From NCBI GenBank assembly GCA_015494295.1, contig WGBO01000011.1, forward strand, positions 19,036 to 83,035: DNA of 64,000 nucleotides, in the 5' to 3' direction. The stretch comes from Gammaproteobacteria bacterium (lineage in GTDB: Bacteria > Pseudomonadota > Gammaproteobacteria > DSM-19610). The position numbers were made by a program, and so were the translations under genes. Position 1 is the stretch's first letter, and every line of letters begins with the position of its first letter. Below the pieces are notes generated by a model, which ran no database searches, was not told where the DNA came from, and was given only the letters and a program-made list of their open reading frames with translations. Positions 9,279 to 15,286 of this stretch are shown here, in pieces.

Positions 9279-11837
9279 ATGCCCGGAACCCGATTCAGCC
9301 TCGAAGTCCAGCCCGAGATCCCGGAAAAACTGGAACGCCTCAAGGAGCTGGCCGACGACCTGCTGTACAGTTGGGAGCGCAGCGTCCGCTCGCTGTTCTT
9401 CCGCCTCGACCCGGTATTGTGGGAAAGCTGCGGGCACAACCCCAAGGTATTCCTGCGCCGCGTGTCCCAGCAGCGGCTCAACGAAGCCGCCGAGGACCGC
9501 ATCTATCTGGAAGCCTACAACCGGGTGCTGTCGACCTACGACACCTACCTGGGCGAGCGCCAGCGCAAGAGCATCGATCCCTACCTGAACCCGAAGAAGG
9601 ACCTGGTCGCCTATTTCTGCGCCGAGTTCGGGCTGCACGAGAGCCTGCCCATCTACTCCGGCGGCCTCGGCATTCTCGCCGGCGACCACTGCAAGGCGGC
9701 CAGCGACCTGGCCATTCCCTTCGTGGCGGTGGGCCTGCTGTACCGGCAGGGCTACTTCATCCAGACCATCGACGAACACGGCAACCAGGTCGCCCACTAC
9801 AACACCACCGACTTCGACCAGCTACCGCTCACCCCGGCCTGCAACGACCAGGGCGAGGAACTGCACGTGGTGATTGATTTCCCGGGGCGGCCGGTGCAGG
9901 TCAAGATCTGGCAGGCGCGCGCCGGCCACATCAAGCTGTACCTGCTCGACACCGACCTGCCGTCCAACAGCGAGGCCGACCGCGCCATCACCTACCAACT
10001 CTATGGCGGCGATATCAATACCCGTATCCAGCAGGAGATCGTGCTCGGCATCGGCGGCGTGCGCGCCCTGCGCGCGCTGGGACTGGAACCGACCGCCTGG
10101 CACATCAACGAGGGCCACGCGGCCTTCCAGATCCTGGAACGCTGCCGCGAGCTGGTGGCCTCCGGGCTGGATTTCGCGGCCGCCATCGAACAGGTCGCGG
10201 CGGCCACGGTGTTCACCACCCACACCCCGGTGCCGGCCGGCCACGACATCTTCGACCACGCGCTGATCTCCAGCTACTTCGGCGAATACGCCGAGCAGCT
10301 CGGGCTGAGCATGGACGAGTTCCTGGGCCTGGGCAGCAGTCCGGCCAACCAGGGGGGCTTCAACCAGACCGTGCTGGCCCTGCGCGGGTCGCGCTTCCAC
10401 AACGGCGTCAGCCGCATCCACGGCGAAGTCGCGTCGCGTATGGAAGGCTACGTGTGGCCGCAGATCCCGCCGCACGAAAACCCCATGCGCCACGTGACCA
10501 ACGGCGTGCACGTGCAGACATTCCTGGCCTACGAGTGGAGCAACCTGTACGACATGCGTTTCGGCATGGAGTGGCGCAACGAACTGCTCAACGAGGAGTA
10601 CTGGGAGCGCATCGAGGAAATCCCGCACCACAGTTTCTGGAGCCTGCGCCAGTCGCTGAAGTCCGAACTGCTCAACCAGGTGCGCCGCCGCGTGGTGCTG
10701 CAGTGCCGGCGCAACCGCTGCGGCGAGGCGCACATCGACCGCGTCACGCGCCTGCTCAGCCCGCACGAATCGGACATTCTCACGATCGGCTTCGCGCGCC
10801 GTTTCGCCACCTACAAGCGCGCCACCCTGCTGTTCTCCGACCCGGAGCGGCTGGCGCGGCTGCTCAACGATCCGCAGCGCCCGGTACTGCTGATCTTCGC
10901 CGGCAAGGCGCACCCCAGCGACCTGCCCGGCCAGCAACTCATCCAGGTCATCCATGACTTCTCGCGCCGGCCCGAGTTCGTCGGCAAGATCCTGTTGCTG
11001 GAAGGCTACGACCTGTCGCTGGCGCGGCGCCTGGTGTCGGGCGTGGACGTGTGGCTGAACACGCCCGAATACCCGATGGAAGCCAGCGGCACCTCGGGGC
11101 AGAAAGCGGGACTCAACGGCGTTATCAACCTGAGCGTGCTGGACGGCTGGTGGGGCGAGGGCTACAACGGGGAGAACGGCTGGGCCATCACCCCGCACGA
11201 CGAACACTACGACACCGCCTTCCGCAACCAGGAGGAAGCCAACGAGTTGCTCGACATCCTTGAGCACCAGGTGATCCCGCTCTATTACGACCGCAACGGC
11301 CATGGCTTCTCGGACGGCTGGGTGCGCATGTCCAAGCACGCCATGAAATCCATCCTGCCGCAGTTCAACTCGCAGCGCATGGTCATGGACTACATCAGGG
11401 GCTTCTACGGGCCGGCCGCCGAGCAGGGCCGCAAACTGGCCAGGAACCGCTCCCGGGGCGCGCGGGAACTGGCGGCCTGGAAGGAAAAAATCCGCCGCCT
11501 GTGGCCCTCGGTGTCACTGCGGCGCATCGACCACTCTCCGGAAGCCGTCAGGGCGGGGGAACGCTTCCGCATCGAAGTGGCAGCGCAACTGGGCGAACTG
11601 ACGCCGGAGGACGTGCGTCTGGAGTGCCTGATCGGCCGCGAGGACGAACACCAGGAGTTCGTGACCAGCGAGTATTTCGGCTTCACCGCCGAGGGGCGGC
11701 TGGACACCGGCGAAACCCGTTTTGTGCTGGATCTGGATCCCCCGCTACCGGGACTGCAACACTTCCAGATCCGGATCTATCCCTGCCACCCCCTGCTCAG
11801 CCACCGTTTCGAGACCGGCTGCATGGTCTGGCTCTAG
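9279..11837 (+). CDS. glgP: Alpha-glucan (glycogen) phosphorylase
   Basis: AYFCAEFGLHESLPIYSGGLGILAGDH, HINEGHAA, FARRFATYKRA, FAGKAHP, EASGTSGQK (PLP lysine); RBS GGGAG; start ATG 9279. Confidence 0.96.
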   Translation: MPGTRFSLEVQPEIPEKLERLKELADDLLYSWERSVRSLFFRLDPVLWESCGHNPKVFLRRVSQQRLNEAAEDRIYLEAYNRVLSTYDTYLGERQRKSIDPYLNPKKDLVAYFCAEFGLHESLPIYSGGLGILAGDHCKAASDLAIPFVAVGLLYRQGYFIQTIDEHGNQVAHYNTTDFDQLPLTPACNDQGEELHVVIDFPGRPVQVKIWQARAGHIKLYLLDTDLPSNSEADRAITYQLYGGDINTRIQQEIVLGIGGVRALRALGLEPTAWHINEGHAAFQILERCRELVASGLDFAAAIEQVAAATVFTTHTPVPAGHDIFDHALISSYFGEYAEQLGLSMDEFLGLGSSPANQGGFNQTVLALRGSRFHNGVSRIHGEVASRMEGYVWPQIPPHENPMRHVTNGVHVQTFLAYEWSNLYDMRFGMEWRNELLNEEYWERIEEIPHHSFWSLRQSLKSELLNQVRRRVVLQCRRNRCGEAHIDRVTRLLSPHESDILTIGFARRFATYKRATLLFSDPERLARLLNDPQRPVLLIFAGKAHPSDLPGQQLIQVIHDFSRRPEFVGKILLLEGYDLSLARRLVSGVDVWLNTPEYPMEASGTSGQKAGLNGVINLSVLDGWWGEGYNGENGWAITPHDEHYDTAFRNQEEANELLDILEHQVIPLYYDRNGHGFSDGWVRMSKHAMKSILPQFNSQRMVMDYIRGFYGPAAEQGRKLARNRSRGARELAAWKEKIRRLWPSVSLRRIDHSPEAVRAGERFRIEVAAQLGELTPEDVRLECLIGREDEHQEFVTSEYFGFTAEGRLDTGETRFVLDLDPPLPGLQHFQIRIYPCHPLLSHRFETGCMVWL
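11566..11837 (+). repeat. Left copy of 272-bp direct repeat (current glgP 3' end)
   Basis: Aligns to 12689-12960 with 6 substitutions. Confidence 0.95.
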
Positions 11838-11904
11838 TTATCTGGCTGTTGACCGGCTTGGTGATGAACCGTTCAAGAAGGTCGCTGCATTGATGCATCG
11901 CTGA

Positions 11905-12198
11905 TCATCGCTCGACCAACTCCGGCTGAAAATCCCGCCGCTTATGTATCGCGGCCAGCACGACGACATCGGGCTCCCTGATCTCATAGACAATGCGGTA
12001 GGAGTACAGCGACAGCTCACGGATGTCGTCGTTGCCGAGTTCCGGCACCATCTTGCCCATGCGCGGCAATTCATTGAGGGCATCGGTCTTGGCCACGATA
12101 TCCTGGGCAACCTTCCTGGCGTAATGCATGGAGTCGTGGGCAATAAAATCGTAGATGGAGCGCAGGTCGGCCCTGGCCGGGTCCGACCAGATCACCAT
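11905..12198 (-). CDS. Type II toxin, RelE/ParE superfamily
   Basis: VIWSDPARADLRSIYDFIA...P.MGK.VPE...IREL...SYRIVY...VLAAIH; 97 aa. Confidence 0.88.
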   Translation of the reverse strand: MVIWSDPARADLRSIYDFIAHDSMHYARKVAQDIVAKTDALNELPRMGKMVPELGNDDIRELSLYSYRIVYEIREPDVVVLAAIHKRRDFQPELVER

Positions 12199-12371
12199 GC
12201 ATCGATCTCGCGCTTGAGTTCTTCACTGGTGATGGTTTTTCCTTGATCGGCGGCCTCCTGGCCCTTGCGGATTTTATCCAGCACATAGAGCCGATACATG
12301 ATCTCGTCCATATCGGCGTCATCGGGCAGCTTGCCGATGGTTTCCAGGGCTTCCTGTTTGGCAGGTTGCAT
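12192..12371 (-). CDS. Putative antitoxin (59 aa)
   Basis: RBS GGAGG before ATG 12371; MQPAKQEALETIGKLPDDADMDEIMYRLYVLDKIRKG...; overlaps toxin start. Confidence 0.8.
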   Translation of the reverse strand: MQPAKQEALETIGKLPDDADMDEIMYRLYVLDKIRKGQEAADQGKTITSEELKREIDAW

Positions 12372-12399
12372 GGTATTTCCTCCTTCCGGCTCTCCAGGC

Positions 12400-12537
12400 T
12401 GGACTTCCACCTGTCTGGTAGACACCTCCAGCGTATAATCCGAGCATAGGAGGTAGCCCGATGAGTAGTCAACGTTATTCACCAGAGTTTAAAGACGGGG
12501 CCGTTCGTCAGATCGTCGAACGGAGTTATTCGGTGGC
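12400..12537 (+). mobile_element. IS3-family remnant A: left end plus first 26 codons of orfA
   Basis: Starts TG (TGGACTTCCACCTG), TATAAT at 12434, RBS GGAGG, then MSSQRYSPEFKDGAVRQIVERSYSVA, an IS3 orfA-type N-terminus. Confidence 0.75.
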
Positions 12538-12663
12538 TGAACCGCCCCGGGTATTCCGGAGACCGTTTTGTTTGAGTCAGGCCACCATGGCTGCCCCTTC
12601 CAGTTGGCGATAATACGCCGCTTCCAACTCCGCCGGTGGCACGTTGCCAATCGGCTCCAGCAC
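12538..12663 (-). mobile_element. IS3-family (IS51/IS629-like) remnant B: right end plus orfB C-terminus
   Basis: Terminal TGAACCGCCCCGGG as in IS629/IS3411 inverted repeats; minus strand encodes LEPIGNVPPAELEAAYYRQLEGAAMVA*. Confidence 0.82.
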
Positions 12664-12688
12664 CAGATCCGTCCGCAGGGAACGCGAG

Positions 12689-12960
12689 TCCGCATCGAAG
12701 TGGCGGCGCAACTGGGCGAACTGACGCCGGAGGACGTGCGCCTGGACTGCCTGATCGGCCGCGAGGACGAACACCAGGAGTTCGTGACCAGCGAGTATTT
12801 CGGCTTCACCGCCGAGGGGCGGCTGGACACCGGCGAAACCCGTTTCGTGCTGGATCTGGATCCCCCGCTACCGGGGCTGCAACACTTCCAGATCCGGATC
12901 TATCCCTGCCATCCCCTGCTCAGCCACCGTTTCGAGACCGGCTGCATGGTCTGGCTCTAG
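12689..12960 (+). pseudogene. Duplicated 3' fragment of glgP (right copy of the direct repeat)
   Basis: Encodes RIEVAAQLGEL...ETGCMVWL*, identical to the GlgP C-terminus except one E/D change; no 5' part. Confidence 0.92.
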
Positions 12961-13340
12961 TCGCCGGCCGCCTGGCGCGATGCCGCGCCAAGGCGCTTGC
13001 GCGCCTCGCGCAGCGAGGCCTCGTTGGGGCAGAAACCGATGTCCTCCCCGGCGTCATCGTCGGGCAGGCTGTCGCACTCATCGGTACGGGTGCAGGCGGT
13101 ACAGCGTTCCATCTGCTCGCGAATTTTCACCACCGGCTGTTCGTGCAGGTAGGTGCCGCGGTCGATGCCGAGGATGGCGAGCATGCGGTTGAGCCGCAAG
13201 GCCGACAACTGCCTGGCGAGGCTTTCGCGGAAACGGATGCCGGTACGCAGGTTCTGCACGATGGCCACCACCAGCAATACCAGGAAAACGGCGGACAACA
13301 CCCCGAACAGGGTGGCAATGGCAAGGGAGACCTGGTTCAT
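12957..13340 (-). CDS. Small membrane-anchored Cys-rich protein (DUF6455-like)
   Basis: N-terminal TM helix, then CTACTRTDEC...FCPN; RBS GCTGGC weak, but preceded by a well-formed promoter. Confidence 0.75.
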   Translation of the reverse strand: MNQVSLAIATLFGVLSAVFLVLLVVAIVQNLRTGIRFRESLARQLSALRLNRMLAILGIDRGTYLHEQPVVKIREQMERCTACTRTDECDSLPDDDAGEDIGFCPNEASLREARKRLGAASRQAAGD

Positions 13341-13373
13341 TCGATCAGCCAGCGGGTCGATACGGACAGCCGG

Positions 13374-13415
13374 ATTACAACAGCTTTTTTCTCCGCTTTA
13401 TATGATCTCCGTCAA
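13374..13415 (-). promoter_or_regulatory. FNR/Anr/Dnr-type class II promoter
   Basis: Minus strand TTGAC-GGAG-ATCAT (13415-13402) versus TTGAT-N4-ATCAA; -10 TGTAAT (13379-13374); box centre falls at -41.5 from the implied start 13367. Confidence 0.7.
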
Positions 13416-13483
13416 CACCCCTTACAAAAACCGGGAAAGACCGGCGCGGCCCATCAGCGGGCCGTGCCAGACCCGGCGGACCC

Positions 13484-14131
13484 TCAGGGGGTTTCGGGCC
13501 GAACCTTTTTCTTCCCGGTAATCATGGCCTTGACGAGGTTCTCGTCGTGCAGGCGGCCGGAGATGATGACCCCGGCGATATGCAGGAGCACCAGGAACAA
13601 CATGAAATTCGCGGAGGCCTCGTGGATTTCCTCCCAGAACTCCTCGCCTTCGGCCTCGTTTTCCCCAAACTCACCATATTCCTCATCGTCATCGTCGTCT
13701 GCCCGCGCGGCACTGATCAGGGTAACCGTCACGGGGGGACCGGCGAAGGGTCCCAGGCCATCCTCGACCGCGTATAACTTTAGACCGCTCAGGGTGACCA
13801 CGAACAGGGTGACCAGCATCAGCACCACCATCCAGCCACCGGCCGGGTTGTGGCCGATGTAGTGACGCGGGCGGTTCTCGGCCAGCCGCTTGAGGTAGTC
13901 AATCACCACGGTCGGAGCGCGCACGAAATCGCTGAAACGCGCGTAGCGGGTACCGATGAAGCCCCAAACCACGCGGAAGGAAATCAGCCCCAGCACCACA
14001 TAACCCGACCAGATGTGTAAACTTCCTTCTTCCTCGCCGGTCAGATAGGCGATGAAGAACGCGATCACCAGACTCCAGTGGAAGATCCTGACCAATGGGT
14101 CCCAGACCCGGATTTCTTCGTTCATCGTCAT
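13484..14131 (-). CDS. Cytochrome b/b6-domain membrane protein
   Basis: VWDPLVRIFHW, HIWSGY, TRYARFSDF, GHNPAGG, EEIHE, LHIAG, ENLVKAMITG; acidic periplasmic loop. Confidence 0.88.
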   Translation of the reverse strand: MTMNEEIRVWDPLVRIFHWSLVIAFFIAYLTGEEEGSLHIWSGYVVLGLISFRVVWGFIGTRYARFSDFVRAPTVVIDYLKRLAENRPRHYIGHNPAGGWMVVLMLVTLFVVTLSGLKLYAVEDGLGPFAGPPVTVTLISAARADDDDDEEYGEFGENEAEGEEFWEEIHEASANFMLFLVLLHIAGVIISGRLHDENLVKAMITGKKKVRPETP

Positions 14132-14216
14132 GCCCTCGTGGCTGTGGAATCAGTCTCCAGTATGGGGGCGGGGCGGGAAAAATCATCGGGCCAATGCGAT
14201 ACCGGGCCCGGTGTGG

Positions 14217-14226
14217 GACATATGTC
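14217..14226. promoter_or_regulatory. Palindrome GACATATGTC in the divergent cytochrome b / LuxR intergenic region
   Basis: Perfect 10-bp palindrome in an AT-rich patch; function inferred only. Confidence 0.3.
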
Positions 14227-14265
14227 GTATATACAAGTAACTGAATCATATAGAGGTAACACATC

Positions 14266-14772
14266 GTGGACAGCGCTGACAGCAAGGAAACCGTGCTGAT
14301 GATCTCCGTGTTCGCTATCGTGGTGGCCGCCAGTGGCGCCGACCTGGTGGCCGATCTCGCGCACGGAGCGGGCATCGATCACATCGTGAAGGAAAGCGCG
14401 GTGGTGGTGATTTCGGCGCTGGCCATCGCGCGCCTGCTGTGGGGCCTGCGCCGCCAGCGGCAGGAGATCGAGGCCCTGCAACAGGAACTGGTCGCAGCCA
14501 ACGATGCCAGCAACCAGCCGCGCAAGTACGTCCTGGAGGCGCGCAAGAAACTCGGCAACGTGGTCAGCCAGCAGTTCTCGGAATGGGGGCTGACCGACAG
14601 CGAGAAGGAAATCGGCTGGCTGCTGCTGAAGGGCCTGAGCCTGAAGGAAATCGCGCTACTGCGCGACACCCAGGAAAAGACCGTGCGCCAGCAGGCCTCG
14701 GCGGTCTACCGCAAGGCCGGCGTCGCCGGCCGGCACGCATTCTCCGCCTGGTTCATCGAGGACATCCTCTGA
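14266..14772 (+). CDS. Membrane-anchored LuxR-type HTH regulator
   Basis: RBS GAGGT, GTG start; two TM helices, coiled coil, then WGLTDSEKEIGWLLLKGLSLKEIALLRDTQEKTVRQQASAVYRKAGV. Confidence 0.85.
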   Translation: MDSADSKETVLMISVFAIVVAASGADLVADLAHGAGIDHIVKESAVVVISALAIARLLWGLRRQRQEIEALQQELVAANDASNQPRKYVLEARKKLGNVVSQQFSEWGLTDSEKEIGWLLLKGLSLKEIALLRDTQEKTVRQQASAVYRKAGVAGRHAFSAWFIEDIL

Positions 14773-14802
14773 ACCCGCTGGCGGCGCGCCGGCCTGCCCG
14801 CC

Positions 14803-15270
14803 CTACTGCCAGCAGTCGGGCGGATTCTGCGCGCCGGTCGCGTCCAGCGTGAGCACCGTGCAACCCGTGTCGGCGGTCTGGCCCTTGGTCGCCGTCGCCT
14901 GGACGACATAGCTGGTCGCGGTCGGCGCCGGCGTGATGGTGATGTTGTAGATGCCGGCGCCAGCCGCGACGATCTTTCCGTTGTCCGCCACGCCAATGGT
15001 GTCGGCCGCGAACCCGAGGTTGCTCAGGGTGCCGTAGGTCCGGTTGTCGATATAGTAACGCTCCTGCATCTGCGCGATGTTGACCATCTGGGTCTTGCCC
15101 GTCGCCCGCTTCGACTTGGTGACGAAGCCGACGTAGGACGGATAGGCGATGCTCGCCAGGATGGCGACGATCGCCAGAACGATCATCACCTCTATCAGGG
15201 TAAACCCCCTGCCCTTCCCGTTTGCCGACGTGGCCGGCCGTGCGCTTGCATTAGGTGCCATCTCAAACAT
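14803..15270 (-). CDS. pilE: Type IV minor pilin PilE
   Basis: GRG/FTLIEVMIVLAIVAILASIAYPSY prepilin motif, QMQERYYIDNRTY, C-terminal Cys pair. Confidence 0.88.
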   Translation of the reverse strand: MFEMAPNASARPATSANGKGRGFTLIEVMIVLAIVAILASIAYPSYVGFVTKSKRATGKTQMVNIAQMQERYYIDNRTYGTLSNLGFAADTIGVADNGKIVAAGAGIYNITITPAPTATSYVVQATATKGQTADTGCTVLTLDATGAQNPPDCWQ

Positions 15271-15286
15271 CTCCCCTTCCGTCACA

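Noticed and set aside
12489-12960. ORFs 12568-12960 (+), 12489-12830 (-) and 12577-12774 (-) as genes
   Set aside because: Chimeric frames spanning IS remnant and glgP repeat junctions
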